The notes: generated by a model from the sequence alone, not told the origin. A stretch of DNA of 64,000 bases from an uncultured Pseudomonadota bacterium (GCA_963847705.1 CAWKBC010000010.1:96001-160000), one strand, 5' to 3'. Positions 11,400-23,833 are shown, numbered from the stretch's first letter. Program-made: numbers and translations.

Positions 11400-11530
11400 G
11401 GAGTAAATTCCGCGTCGCCGCCCGGTAGCCTGCCGAGCTCGGCCATTGCGCGCCGTTGCGCGGTCCAGGGACCCGTCATTGCCTGAGTCGTTGCCCCATC
11501 GATGAGACGGCAGAGCTGCCACCCTTGCGG
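11400..11530 (-). promoter_or_regulatory. Candidate cis-regulatory leader of the guanidine operon containing four GCAAYGRC repeats
   Basis: Minus-strand GCAACGAC (11487-94), GCAATGAC (11475-82), GCAACGGC (11452-59) and GCAATGGC (11442-49); at least one sits in a hairpin CGC-AACGGC-GCG. It lies where guanidine riboswitches usually occur. Confidence 0.4.
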
Positions 11531-11559
11531 ATGCCCAATCCGGCGCTACACAACACTCA

Positions 11560-11934
11560 GTGAGCGCATTCGTCCCCAACAGCGAGCACCTGGGCCCCTC
11601 CTCGAGCGTGCGGTTCGGTGACGGCAAGTCACTCTTTCACCGCCAGCTCAGGGTGATCCAGGAGATGGTCGACGACCTGGATTCCCAGATCGCGGCCGGT
11701 CAAAGGCACACCATGGAAAAGGTGGCGGCGTTTCTCCGCTCGCACACCGGACAGAGTGCCTTTGCCACCGCCTCTCGAAATGGACGCGAGCTCTCGCAGA
11801 TGATCGATCAGCTCGAACGAGAGGCGCGGCGGCAGGTCCCGGATGTTCGTCTCTTCGGCGACCGAGCCAAGGTTCTGGTCTCGCTCCTGTCGGTCACGGC
11901 TCAGCCGCCCGGCAGCGCCACGCCGACGCCCTGA
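11560..11934 (+). CDS. Hypothetical helical protein (start uncertain)
   Basis: Protein-like composition; fills the gap between divergent and convergent genes. Confidence 0.55.
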   Translation: MSAFVPNSEHLGPSSSVRFGDGKSLFHRQLRVIQEMVDDLDSQIAAGQRHTMEKVAAFLRSHTGQSAFATASRNGRELSQMIDQLEREARRQVPDVRLFGDRAKVLVSLLSVTAQPPGSATPTP

Positions 11935-11948
11935 GCTCAGGGACGCGA

Positions 11949-12962
11949 TCAGGGCGGCGCATCTGAGGCCGGCAGCACCGGCGACGATGGTTCGGCGTCG
12001 AGGAGCTGCCGCTGGCCGTGGGCAGCGCGGCCGAGCTGCAGGAGCTGCCGGTAGAGGACCTGCCAGTCATCCCAGTCGACCTGCAGGGTCCGCAGCTCCC
12101 GCGTGACGCGGTCGAGCTCCCGGGCCACGTCGGCGCTCTTGGCGCTCCGCGCCGGATCGAGGTCGTAGCTTCTCCAAAGTGGGCGGAGGCGCTGCTCCAG
12201 GGCCTGCGCCTTGGGATCGGTCGTCTGTAGCCCCTCGGTGTGCACGACCGCCTCGGCGACCAGACCGTGCGCCCAGGTCAACTGCGCCGCCCTCCCACGC
12301 AGCACCAAGCCGCTCGGGTACAACGACAACGAGAGATCGTGGGCCACGAAGTGCTCGAAGCGCTTGGGAACGTGCGAGCGCAAGGCCTCGCCGCCCAGCC
12401 AGGTGAGCAGGCGCAGGGGCGCGGAGACCCACCAGCCGGGCTCTGCCGCGTGCAACGAGAGGCCCTGGCGGTTCAGGACTTCGCAGATCTTGGCCGCCAC
12501 CTCGTGATAGGCGGAGGCGCTCATGATGAGAGGGATGTCGGTGATCTTCTGTCGGCGCATGAGCGCTGCGGCCCGCATGAGCGGCACGGAAACAAAGATG
12601 ATCGCGAAGGCGCTGGCCAGACCGAAGGTGATGGGAAAGCCGCGCAGAACACGGAGGACGGGCGACCCATCCCGCATCGCCGGTGGTGTCTTGATCGACA
12701 CGGCGACCCCGACGCTGAGCGGAATCAGCAACGCCAGACCGAGCCAGCCGAGCCGGACCGTCCAGGACGGAACCCAGTCGGGGAGCGGGACGAGAGCGAT
12801 CATCTGGACCGCGATCTTGGGCGCCACGATGGCGGCCAGCAGAATCGGCCAGGCCACGGCGGCCACGACGATCAAGGAAAGGAGGAGCCCCTCGCTCCTC
12901 GTCGTCTGACCAAAGAGGGCGCTCACCGCCCATCCGCGCCAGAAGCGCTTGAGGATCGCCAC
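11949..12962 (-). CDS. Hypothetical multi-TM membrane protein, paralogue of 37225..38370
   Basis: GWAVSALFGQT, 3-4 TM segments, LSLYPSGLVLRG, WAHGLVAEA, DDWQVLYRQLLQ; GTG start inferred from the paralogue. Confidence 0.8.
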   Translation of the reverse strand: MAILKRFWRGWAVSALFGQTTRSEGLLLSLIVVAAVAWPILLAAIVAPKIAVQMIALVPLPDWVPSWTVRLGWLGLALLIPLSVGVAVSIKTPPAMRDGSPVLRVLRGFPITFGLASAFAIIFVSVPLMRAAALMRRQKITDIPLIMSASAYHEVAAKICEVLNRQGLSLHAAEPGWWVSAPLRLLTWLGGEALRSHVPKRFEHFVAHDLSLSLYPSGLVLRGRAAQLTWAHGLVAEAVVHTEGLQTTDPKAQALEQRLRPLWRSYDLDPARSAKSADVARELDRVTRELRTLQVDWDDWQVLYRQLLQLGRAAHGQRQLLDAEPSSPVLPASDAPP

Positions 12963-13143
12963 GCCTGGAAGGTAAGCCGCGCTTTCCCCCGTCCTAGACA
13001 GCGGAATCCGTATCCGGCGCATCGGGGTAATGCCGTGGGGCCTCCCGCCGGGCGTACATCCCGTGATGGCGAACAATCCGACCACTCTACGAGAGACGAC
13101 GCGGTTGCGCTGGCCGCCCCGGGAAGCCCAGACTCGCGGTCCA

Positions 13144-13761
13144 ATGGCGATCTCCCCGGACACCACGCCTTGCCTTTCGCTGGCCACGCCCGCCGCCTGG
13201 CGCACCTGGCTCGGCGCGCACCACGCGCGCTCCACGGGCGTCTTCCTGCGCCTGGCCAGGACGTCGGGCGCCACGTCGGCAAGCACCCGCACCCCGCTGA
13301 CCTACGCCACGGCGCTCGAGGTGGCGCTGGCCTGGGGATGGATCGACGGCCAGAAGAGAGCGCTCGACGCCGGCGCCTGGCTTCAGCGCTTCTCGCCGCG
13401 CACGCCGCGCAGCGGGTGGTCGAAGATCAACCGGGCCAGGGCCGAGGCCCTGATCGCGGCCGGCGCCATGGAAGCGCCCGGCCTGGCCGAGGTCGAACGG
13501 GCCAGGAAGGACGGTCGCTGGGACCGCGCCTACGACGGCGCGCGCGCGGCGACCGTTCCGCCCGATCTGGTCGAGGCGCTGGCGCGCGACGCCGGGGCGA
13601 GGGCGTTCTTCGAGAAGCTCGACGGCGCCAACCGCTACGCCATCCTCTACCGCCTGCAGACGGCCAAACGTCCCGAGACGCGCGCCCGGCGCCTGCAGAG
13701 CTTCGTCGAGATGTGCGCGCGGCAGGAGACGTTGCACCCGCCCCGCAAGGCCCGCCCCTGA
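13144..13761 (+). CDS. YdeI/OmpD-associated family protein
   Basis: AWRTWLGAHH, ALAWGWIDG, RFSPR..RSGWSKIN, DGRWDRAY, NRYAILYRLQTAKRPETRARR. Confidence 0.9.
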   Translation: MAISPDTTPCLSLATPAAWRTWLGAHHARSTGVFLRLARTSGATSASTRTPLTYATALEVALAWGWIDGQKRALDAGAWLQRFSPRTPRSGWSKINRARAEALIAAGAMEAPGLAEVERARKDGRWDRAYDGARAATVPPDLVEALARDAGARAFFEKLDGANRYAILYRLQTAKRPETRARRLQSFVEMCARQETLHPPRKARP

Positions 13762-13792
13762 ATCCAGGCGCATCGTCCGGCATCCCAACCGC

Positions 13793-14407
13793 ATGTCACG
13801 CCCCGGTCGTCCGGCGAGCGACGTCGCGTTCTCTGATTCCGTGAAGGCCGTCCAGACGCGGCTCGGCTCGCGCAAGTCGTACGCACGTCTCGAGACAGGC
13901 CACGGTTGGGAGACGACGATCTCGCCCGATCTGGCGGGGTTCATCGGCGAACAGACCAGCTTCTTCCTGGCCACGGCGAGCGCCGCCGGGCAGCCGTACA
14001 TCCAGCACCGCGGGGGGCCCAAGGGGTTCCTGCGTCTCCTCGACGACCACACGCTCGCCTTCGCCGACTTTCGCGGCAATCGCCAGTACGTCACGATGGG
14101 GAATCTGGCCGAGAACGCCAAGGTCTGCCTCTTCCTCATCGATTACGTCCACCGCCAGCGCGTGAAGGTGTGGGGCGAGGCGCGCGTCGTCGAGGACGAC
14201 CCCGCGCTGGTGGCAAGGCTGGTGGTTCCCGGCTACGAAGGGCGCCCAGAGCGCGCGATCGTGGTCAGCGTCGCGACCTGGGATGCGAACTGCCCGCAAC
14301 ACATCCCCGTTCGCTTCGAGGCCGCCGACGTCGAGGCGGCGCTGGCGGCGCGCGACCAGCGCATCGCCGAGCTGGAAGCCGAGCTGCGCAAACGCCCGGC
14401 CTCGTGA
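13793..14407 (+). CDS. Pyridoxamine 5'-phosphate oxidase family FMN-binding protein
   Basis: FFLATASAAGQPYIQHRGGPKGFL, FADFRGNRQYVTMGNL, WDANCPQHIPVRF. Confidence 0.9.
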   Translation: MSRPGRPASDVAFSDSVKAVQTRLGSRKSYARLETGHGWETTISPDLAGFIGEQTSFFLATASAAGQPYIQHRGGPKGFLRLLDDHTLAFADFRGNRQYVTMGNLAENAKVCLFLIDYVHRQRVKVWGEARVVEDDPALVARLVVPGYEGRPERAIVVSVATWDANCPQHIPVRFEAADVEAALAARDQRIAELEAELRKRPAS

Positions 14408-14439
14408 GCAGCGGATCGTCAGCGAGAGAGAATCTCCCG

Positions 14440-15897
<1,458 letters not shown>

Positions 15898-16019
15898 GGA
15901 TCCTGGTGGCTGGTTGGTGGTTGTTGTACGAGAAACGGACTTTCGGGGCCCGGGGACCTTGACACTGTAAGGTGTCATTCTTACGGTTCAAGCCCTCCCT
16001 GGTATTTCTTGGATCCACC

Positions 16020-16406
16020 GTGCCTCAAGCGCTGATCGTCGACGACAGCAAGGTCATGCGTGAAATGGTGATCGCGTGCCTGCGGGCGCACGAGGGGCTG
16101 TCGTTCACCCACGCGGGCAGCGGCCTGGAGGCGCTCGAGAAGCTGTCGCTCCAGAGCTTCGACGTGGTGGTCCTCGATCTCAACATGCCGGACATCAGCG
16201 GCTACGAGGTGATCGAATTCATCCGCGGGCAAGACAAGCTGCGCCAGCTGCCGATCCTGGTGGTCACCACCCGGGGGGACGAGAGCTCGCGGGCCCGCGC
16301 GCTCGGGGCCGGCGCCACCAGCTTCATGACCAAGCCGTTCGCTCCCACGGCGCTCCTGGGCGAGGTCCGCGCTTTGATCGGCGCGCGCCCAGGAGTTCCC
16401 GCATGA
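16020..16406 (+). CDS. cheY: Single-domain response regulator CheY
   Basis: LIVDDS, VVLDLNMP, VVTT, FMTKPF; first gene of the che operon, coupled to cheA. Confidence 0.88.
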   Translation: MPQALIVDDSKVMREMVIACLRAHEGLSFTHAGSGLEALEKLSLQSFDVVVLDLNMPDISGYEVIEFIRGQDKLRQLPILVVTTRGDESSRARALGAGATSFMTKPFAPTALLGEVRALIGARPGVPA

Positions 16407-18478
16407 GCGGCGGCTTCGACGCGGCCGACTTCATCGCCGGGTTCATCGCGGAGGCCGAAGAGCATCTGACGTTGGCCAACGCCAACCTGCTTTCGGTGGA
16501 GGAGGCGGCCGCCAAAGGGCAGTCGACGCCGCGGCAGGTGAGGGATCTGTTCCGCTCGCTGCACACGCTGAAGGGGCTGGCGGCGATGGTGGGGGTCGAG
16601 CCGATCGTCAACGTCGCCCATGCGATGGAGGCGGTCCTGCGGGACGCCGATCGGGCCGCCGGGAGATTGCCGCCCGGCTCGGTCGAACCGCTGCTGGCCG
16701 GCATTCGGGCCATCGAGCAGGGGGTGCGCGCGCTCGCCAAGAGGAGGCCGGTGCCCGTGGCGCCCCAGACGCTGTTGAACACCCTGGCGGATCTCCGTCA
16801 GGTGCCGGGAGACAAGAGGGGTTCAGCAGCCTCGACCTCTCTCCCCGCAGAGCTGTGGGCGAAGCTGAGCGACGCCGAGCGCCAGCACTTGATTCAGGGG
16901 CTGGAGGCCGGCCAGCGCGCGCTGGTGGTGCAGTTCTTGCCGACGCCGGAGAAAGCCGCCGCCGGGGTGAACATCACCTCGGTGCGCGAACGGGTGGCGA
17001 CGGTCGCAGAGATCGTCAAGGTCGTGCCGCAATCGATCCCCGCCACGCCCGAGGCCCCGGCCGGCCTGGCGTTCGCCCTGATCGTTGTTTCGGGGGCGGC
17101 GGACGACGTCCTGGCGGCGGCGGCTGCCAGCACGCCCGAAGCGCTGAAACCCGTTCACCTCGAGGCCTCGCCCCCGGTCGCAGCGGCCGAAGCCGGGCTC
17201 CAGGGCGGCCTCCAGGGCGGGCTCGGAGACGAGCTGAACGACGACGAGCTCGGCAGAAGCGGTTTCGTCCGGGTGGAGGTCAAGCGCCTCGACGACGCGC
17301 TCGAAAGGCTCTCCGCGCTGGTGGTCACCCAGTTTCGGCTGGGACGCGCCGCGGCCGATCTGCGCGCGTCCGGCGCCGACGTGCGCGCGCTGGCGCAGGT
17401 GATCGGCGAGAACGCGCGGCAGCTTCGCGATCTGCGGGGGGCGATCATGCGCGCCCGGATGGTCTCCGTCGCCGAGCTCCTGGAACGGGTGCCGCTCATC
17501 GTTCGCGGGTTGAGCCGCGCCACCGGCAAGGCGGCCCGCCTGGAGGTGGCAACCGGTCGCGCCGAGCTCGACAAGGCGGTGGCCGAGCGGATCTTTCCGG
17601 CGATCGTGCACCTGGTGCGAAACGCCGTCGACCACGCCCTGGAAATGCCCGAGGAGCGGCGGGCCGCCGGAAAACCGGAGGTCGGCCTGGTGAGCGTCGC
17701 CTGCTTCGAGCGCTCGAACAACCAGCTCGAGCTGACCGTCTCCGACGACGGGCGGGGCGTCGACGCGGCGGCCGTGGCCGCGCGCGCCGGCCTCCCGGTG
17801 CCCGCCACGCCCGAGGCGCTGCTGGATCTCCTGGCGCGCCCCGGCCTGTCGACGAAAGCCGAGGTGACCACCACCAGCGGCCGCGGCGTCGGGATGGACG
17901 TGGTCAAGCGGATCGCGGTCGACGATCTCCGCGGCGAGCTGTCGCTGGCGACCACCCCTGGACAGGGAACGACCTTCACCTTGCACATCCCGCTCAGCAT
18001 CACGATCGTCGACGCATTCTCCTTCGTGTGCGGCGGCGAGACCTTCGTCGTGCCCGTCTCGACCGTGGAAGAGATCCGCGAAATCGACCTGACCAAGACG
18101 GTTCGCGGCCCGGATCGCCGCAAGTCCTCCCGCGGAGAACCCGATCGCCGCCGCGCCCCTCGCGCCAGCGACATGATCGAACGACGCGGTCAGGCCGTCC
18201 CGGTCCTGGCGCTCGACGACCTGCTGGGGTTGCCGCTCTCGGATGGCTCCCTGCGCAAGGCGCTCATCGTGCGACGCAACGGCGAGCTGTTCGCCTTCAC
18301 CGTCGATCGGATGCTGGGCCAGCAGGAGGTCGTCGTGCGTCCCCTGGAAGACGCGCTGGTCCAGGTGACGGGGATCTCCGGAACCACCGATCTCGGCGAC
18401 GGGCGCCCCACGCTGGTGTTGGACCTGGCGGCCTTGGGGGACAGACTCTTCGCGGCCTCGCGCGGGGCGCCGTCATGA
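16403..18478 (+). CDS. cheA: Chemosensory histidine kinase CheA
   Basis: Hpt LFRSLHTLKG, dimerisation VRVEVKRLD, HLVRNAVDH, SDDGRG, SGRGVGMDVVK, C-terminal CheW-like P5 domain. Confidence 0.95.
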   Translation: MSGGFDAADFIAGFIAEAEEHLTLANANLLSVEEAAAKGQSTPRQVRDLFRSLHTLKGLAAMVGVEPIVNVAHAMEAVLRDADRAAGRLPPGSVEPLLAGIRAIEQGVRALAKRRPVPVAPQTLLNTLADLRQVPGDKRGSAASTSLPAELWAKLSDAERQHLIQGLEAGQRALVVQFLPTPEKAAAGVNITSVRERVATVAEIVKVVPQSIPATPEAPAGLAFALIVVSGAADDVLAAAAASTPEALKPVHLEASPPVAAAEAGLQGGLQGGLGDELNDDELGRSGFVRVEVKRLDDALERLSALVVTQFRLGRAAADLRASGADVRALAQVIGENARQLRDLRGAIMRARMVSVAELLERVPLIVRGLSRATGKAARLEVATGRAELDKAVAERIFPAIVHLVRNAVDHALEMPEERRAAGKPEVGLVSVACFERSNNQLELTVSDDGRGVDAAAVAARAGLPVPATPEALLDLLARPGLSTKAEVTTTSGRGVGMDVVKRIAVDDLRGELSLATTPGQGTTFTLHIPLSITIVDAFSFVCGGETFVVPVSTVEEIREIDLTKTVRGPDRRKSSRGEPDRRRAPRASDMIERRGQAVPVLALDDLLGLPLSDGSLRKALIVRRNGELFAFTVDRMLGQQEVVVRPLEDALVQVTGISGTTDLGDGRPTLVLDLAALGDRLFAASRGAPS

Positions 18479-18924
18479 ACGACTTGCACGTGCTCTGTCG
18501 CGTCGCCGAGTCGAACTACGTCGTCTCCGCCGCGGACGTCTTGCAGATGGAGTCCTTCGCGGGCGCCACCAAGGTGCCGGGCGCGGCGAGCGAGGTCGCC
18601 GGTCTGGTCCAGATTCGTGGGCGCGTGGTGCCGGTGGTCGACCTGCGCATCATCTTTGGACTCCCGGCGATCGCCCCCACGATGGACTCGCGCGTGGTGG
18701 TGGCCAGCATCGGGGAGCGAACGGTCGGCCTGCTGGTCGACAGCGCGCGCGAGGTGTTGAAGATTCCCGCCAGCGAATTCCAGCCGCCGCCCTCGGTGGT
18801 CGCGCAGCAGACCGAGGGAATGGTGAAAGCGGTGGCCCAGGTGGGGACACGTCTATTGATGTTGGTCGATCTCGCGAAGGTGATCGGCCACGAACGGGGA
18901 CAGGAGCAGAGACATGGCGAATAA
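18475..18924 (+). CDS. cheW: CheW coupling protein
   Basis: [10 protein letters not shown]...[35 protein letters not shown]. Confidence 0.93.
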   Translation: MNDLHVLCRVAESNYVVSAADVLQMESFAGATKVPGAASEVAGLVQIRGRVVPVVDLRIIFGLPAIAPTMDSRVVVASIGERTVGLLVDSAREVLKIPASEFQPPPSVVAQQTEGMVKAVAQVGTRLLMLVDLAKVIGHERGQEQRHGE

Positions 18925-21485
18925 CAACAAGGCCGCGGGCCCAAACGGAAATCGGCAGTTCAGCCTGGACGAGGCGCTCGCCAGCTCGAACAGCACGACG
19001 CGCAGTCTGCGCGAGACTGCCACCCTGGCCCAAACGATCGAGGAGGCCGCCACGCGGCTGGCAGCGGGCGGCAACGAGCAGGGCGCCGCCAGCGAAGAGA
19101 TCCGTGCCTCGCTGGAGTCGTTGGCGGCGGGGATCGAAGAGAGCGCCACCGCCGTTCAGTCGCTGGCCCGCGCGCAGGGCCACGTGGCGGAGACCGCCAA
19201 GGAGGTTCAGCTCGGACAGGAGTCGACGGGGGCCGGACTGCGAGAGGTGGCCTCGTCGGTCGCCGGCGTGAAGAAGGACGGCGACGCCTTGGCTGCGGCG
19301 ATCGATTCGACTGCGGCGACGCTGGAGGAGGCGGCGCGATCGATCAAAGGAGTGGGGGCCAACGCCGAGGATCTGGCGGCGGCCAGCGAGGAGCTCCTGG
19401 CGGCCGCCGTCGAGACCAGCGCCAGCATCAAGGACGTCGCCGAACGTGGCCAGGGGGCCGCCAGCGCAATCGAACAGATGGCCGCCACCGTGGGCGGAAT
19501 CGCCAAGGGCGTGGCCAAGCTGAACAGCGACGCCGGCGGGGTGGGCGAGCGGATCGCCTCGATGACCGCGGCGGTGGTCGACGCGGCCGCCTCCATCGAT
19601 CGGGTGGCCAAGGACGGAGCCGAGATGGGCACCGCCATCGAAGAGACCTCGGCCACCGCCGAGCAGATCTCCAGGACGGCCCGGGGCGTGGCCGAGCAGG
19701 TCAAGGAGCTCGAGGGGGGCGTCGCCAGCACCTCCAGCATCGTCACCGAGCTCGCCTCCTCCGTCGAGGAGGTGGCGGCCACCGCCGAAAAGAACGCGGC
19801 GGTGATCGAGACGAACGCCGCGGGGATCGAGCAGCTCACCCGCTCGGTGACCGCGGTGGCGCGCTCGGCGGATCAGATCAGCCAGCTGGCCACGGTCAGC
19901 GCCGCCACCTCGACGCAGGCCGAGGGGACCACCCGGCGAATCGTCGAGCTGGTCTCGGCCGCCCGGCGCACCGCCGACGACGTGACCACCACCGCGCGCA
20001 ACGGCGGCGCGGTGGTGGGCCGGTCGATCGCGGGCATGGGGGGCATCCGGCAGGCGATGCAGGAGTCATCGTCGGTCATCAAGGAGATGGGCAGGCGGAC
20101 GGAGGAGATCGGCGACATCGTGCAGACGATCAACCTCATCGCCGACCGGACCAACCTCTTGTCGCTGAACGCCAGCATCGAGGCGGCCCGCGCCGGAGAG
20201 CACGGCCGGGGGTTCGCGGTCGTCGCCGAGGAGATCCGCGCGCTGTCCGATCGCGCCGCGGCCGCCAGCGCCGACATCGCCAAGATCGTGCGGGGACTCC
20301 AGGGGACCGCGCGCGACGCCGTGACCGCCTCCAACGACGGCCTCAAGGTGGCCGACGAAGGGAGCCGACTGGCCGGCGATGCCGAAAAAGCCCTGGCCTC
20401 GATCCTGGCGGGGATCGAGACCGTCGGCCGCGGCGTCGGCGAGATCGAACGCGCCAGCAGCGAACAGACCCAGGCCGTCCAGGCGCTCTCCCAGAGCACG
20501 GCGCGCGTCAGCGAGGAGAGCAAGGCGATCGCGCGGGCCGCGGGGGAGCAGGTGGCCGCCGGTCAGAGCATGAGCCAGGCGGCCAGCGAGATGCGCCGGA
20601 TGGCCAAGCAGACCAAGGAGGCCACCGGGGAGCAGGCTCGGGCGCTGCGCGCCGCCGTCAAGGACACCACGCACCTCGCCACCAACGTGAAGAAGGTCGC
20701 GCGCGCGGCCGAGGAGCAGGCGACCGGGGCCGGGCAGCTCGCCAAGGCCTCGGTGCGCATGCGAACGCTCGCGCAGCAGACCACGGTGGCCATGGCTGAA
20801 CAGACCCGCACGCTCTCCGCGCTCAGCAACATGGCGAACGACGTGACCGCCTCTTCCCAGCGCATGGGCGTGGCGCTGGGCGAACAGGCGCGCGGCTCCG
20901 CCGAGGTGGCCACGGTCGTCGAAGCTCTCAAGCAGGGCGCGCTCCAGAACGCCAGGGGGGTCGGCGAACAGGCGCGCGCGCTCGGTCAGATCGAGAATCG
21001 CGGCGCGGCAGGTCGCCAAGTTGGCCTCGGAGGTCACCAAGGCGACCTCCGAGCAGTCCAAGGCGGTGACCGCTCTTTCGGCCTCCAGCGACGACGTCCG
21101 GAAGCTCTCCAAACAGACCGCGCGCGCCGTCACCGAGCAGGCGGAGGCGCTGGCGACGTTGGCCAGCGCGGCGGCCAAGCAAGGGAGCGGCGTGGCCACG
21201 ATCGCGCGGGTGACGGCAGAGCAGGCCGCGGCCAGCGAGCAGATCAACAAGGCCGTCTCCGATATCCGGGCGAACACGCGAAACATCGTCGCCGCGCTGG
21301 CGCAGCAGACGAAGATGGCGGTCGCCGTCAGCGGCGACGTGACCTCGGTGGCGGTCGGCATCGGAAAGATTCGGGCCGCCAACGAAAAGCAGGCGGAAGC
21401 GACGGAAGCCGTGACCACCGCGCTGGCGTCGCTGCGCGCGCGGGAAGTAGGGCCGGCCGCCGCGAGGTCGACTGACCCGGCATGA
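18914..21485 (+). CDS. Soluble methyl-accepting chemotaxis protein, about 856 aa after correcting the +1 frameshift near 20997
   Basis: Signalling tip [37 protein letters not shown]; no TM segment; heptad Ala/Glu/Gln arms on both sides. Joins ORFs 18914 and 21021. Confidence 0.92.
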
Positions 21486-23822
21486 GCTCGCCCGATCGGT
21501 TCGCGTTCACCGCCGAAGAGCGCCAGCGCCTGGAACGAATCGACCGGCTTCTGGCCGACGGTGCGGCCGGCGTCGGCCCGCTGATCGACCTGTTGAACGA
21601 CCCGAGTTGGACGGTGCGCCGGGCCGTGGTGGACGGCCTGGCGGCCGGCGGCGGCGCGGTGGTCGCCCCGCTCTGCCGGGCCTTGCGCGACCGCCGCGAC
21701 GACGAGGCCCGCATCGCGGCCACCGTCGATGCGCTGGCCGCCCTGGACGCGGACGTCGACGCGACGTTGATCGCGATGGCCGGCGATGCCGATCCGGCGG
21801 TCGTCGCCGACGTGGCGCAGGTCCTGGGCCGGCGGCGGTCGAAGGGGGCGCTGGCGACGCTCACGGCGCTCATCCACCATCAGGACGACAACGTCGCCGT
21901 GGCCGCCATCGAGGCTCTCGGTCGGGTTGGTGGCCGGGCGGCGGTCGCCTCCCTGGTCGAAGCGGTGGAGAGCGGGAATTTCTTTCGAACCTTCCCCGCC
22001 ATCGACGTCCTCGGCCGCAGCGGCGATCCGCGCGCGGTCGCGCCGCTGACCGCGCTGCTCGACGATCCCCCGTACGCAGCCGAGGCGGCCCGCGCCCTCG
22101 GTCGAACCGGAGATCGCGCGGCCGTGGCGCCGCTGATGGCGCTCATCGGCCGCGGGGCCGGGGCCATGGTGCGGGTCGCTGCGCTGGCGCTCGACGAATT
22201 GCGCCAGCGCAACGCCGAGCATTTCGGCAGTGGCGAGCGGATCGAGGAGGCGATCACCGGGGCAGGCGGAAGCGGGACCGTCCGGCAGATCGTGCGCGCG
22301 CTCTCCGACGGGGACGCGACCGAGAAGGCCGCCCTCTGCTTCGTCCTGGCGGTTCTTCGGGATGCCTCGACGGTGCCGGCGCTGACCGCGCTCCTCGACG
22401 GGCCGCTCGAGGTGGCGGAGGCGGCGTCGAACGCGCTCAAGCGGATCGGGCCCGAAGCCGACGCGCAGATCCTGCAGGAGATCCGCAGGGGGGGCGCCAA
22501 GCGCGCGCTCTTGCCCCTGGTGTCGCACACCAGGGCCGAGGCCGACGTGGTGGCCTGCTTGGCTGATCCAGACCCAGACGTGAGGGCGCTGGCTTGCGAA
22601 GCGCTTGGCCGGATGGGCGCGACCCGGGCGGCGACCGCCCTGTTTCCCTTGCTGGCGGATCCCAACCCGCGCGTCGCCTTCACGGCGCTGAGCGCCGTCC
22701 AGGCGCTGGGGGGACGGGAGGCCGAAGAGCTGGCCCTCTCCGCGCTGCGTTCGCCGGAGGCGCGGGTGCGGCGCGCGGCGGTTCGGATCCTGGCCTACTT
22801 CGCCTTCGACGCCGCCCTTGACCCGCTCCTCGGCGCGCTCGCCGATCCGGATGAGCGGGTCCGCCAAGCGACGATCCAGGGGCTGCCCTTCTTCGAAGAC
22901 CCTCGCGCCCTCGAGGCGCTGATGGCCGCCGCCAAGGATCCCACCGACCGGACCCGCGCGGCTGCCATGCGTGCCCTCGGCCAGTGCGTCGGCGACCTGC
23001 GCGTGAGCGCGTACCTCCTGCGGGGGCTCGGAGAATCCCGACCCCTGGACCCGCTACTACGCCTGTCAGGCGCTGGGAAGGTTGGCCTTCGAACCCGCCG
23101 CCGAAGCGATCGGCCGCCTGCTGGCCGACCCGGCCGGACAGGTGCGCGTGGCCGCCGTCGAGGCGCTCGCCCACTTGAAGAGCGAGACGGCGTTGCGTCT
23201 GCTCGAGACGGCCGCCTCCGACGCCGAGCCGGACGTTCAGCGGGCGGCGCTGGTGGGCCTCGGCGTGGCGCACCGGACGGAGTCGTTGCCGCGCATCCTG
23301 GCGGCCACGGCCGCTCCCGATCCGGCGACACGGATCGTCGCCCTCTCCGCCGTCGCCGGGTGGAGGTCGCCGGAGGCTCTCCGCGCGCTGGTCGACAACG
23401 CCGCCCATCCCGATCCGGGGGTGAGCACCGTGGCCATTGGACTGCTCTCGGCCGTCCCCGGCACGGCCGCCACGATGGAGCTGGCGCATCTTTTGGCCCG
23501 CTCGCCCGCCCGGGAACAGATCGTGGCCGCGCTGTCGGTGCACCTCGAAGGGCGGGTTCCCGGCCTCTCGGCCGCGCTGGAGACCGCCGACGACGAGAGC
23601 GCCGGCGCGCTGACCTCTGCGCTGGCCCGCATGCGGCGCCCTGACGCGACCGCGGCGCTGCTGGGGACCATGACCAGCGCGAACAGCCGGGCCCGCAAGG
23701 CGGCGGCCACCACGCTGGCCGGGCTGGGCCAAACGGACGCGCTGGAGGTCCTGCGCGTCGCGGCCGAGAACGATCCAGAGCCCGAGGTCCGGCGGATCTG
23801 CTCGGTGCTCCTCTCCCGCTGA
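21482..23822 (+). CDS. HEAT/PBS-lyase repeat protein (Cpc7-like); +1 frameshift near 23034
   Basis: Many L.DPDP.VR..A..ALG repeats; lies between mcp and cheR as in the Myxococcus che7 operon. Confidence 0.9.
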
Positions 23823-23833
23823 CGAAGGTCCCC

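Noticed and set aside
11400-11530. Canonical guanidine-I, -II or -III riboswitch
   Set aside because: No AAAAGCCCGGGAG-type 3' element with proper spacing, no twin ACGR hairpins and no complete ykkC-III pseudoknot could be matched by eye.
16076-16402. N-terminal extensions of CheA (also ORF starts 45723, 48962, 53107, 16855)
   Set aside because: Out-of-frame overlaps with upstream genes; the true starts sit at ATGA/GTGA or short overlaps.
17195-17224. GLQG-GLQG-GLG 12-bp repeat in cheA
   Set aside because: Ordinary slippage in a flexible linker.
20066-22867. 933-aa antisense ORF (likewise 41415..44168, 46221..49796, 32704..34908, 5108..6871)
   Set aside because: Shadow ORFs opposite well-supported genes; high GC depletes stop codons and no motifs are present.
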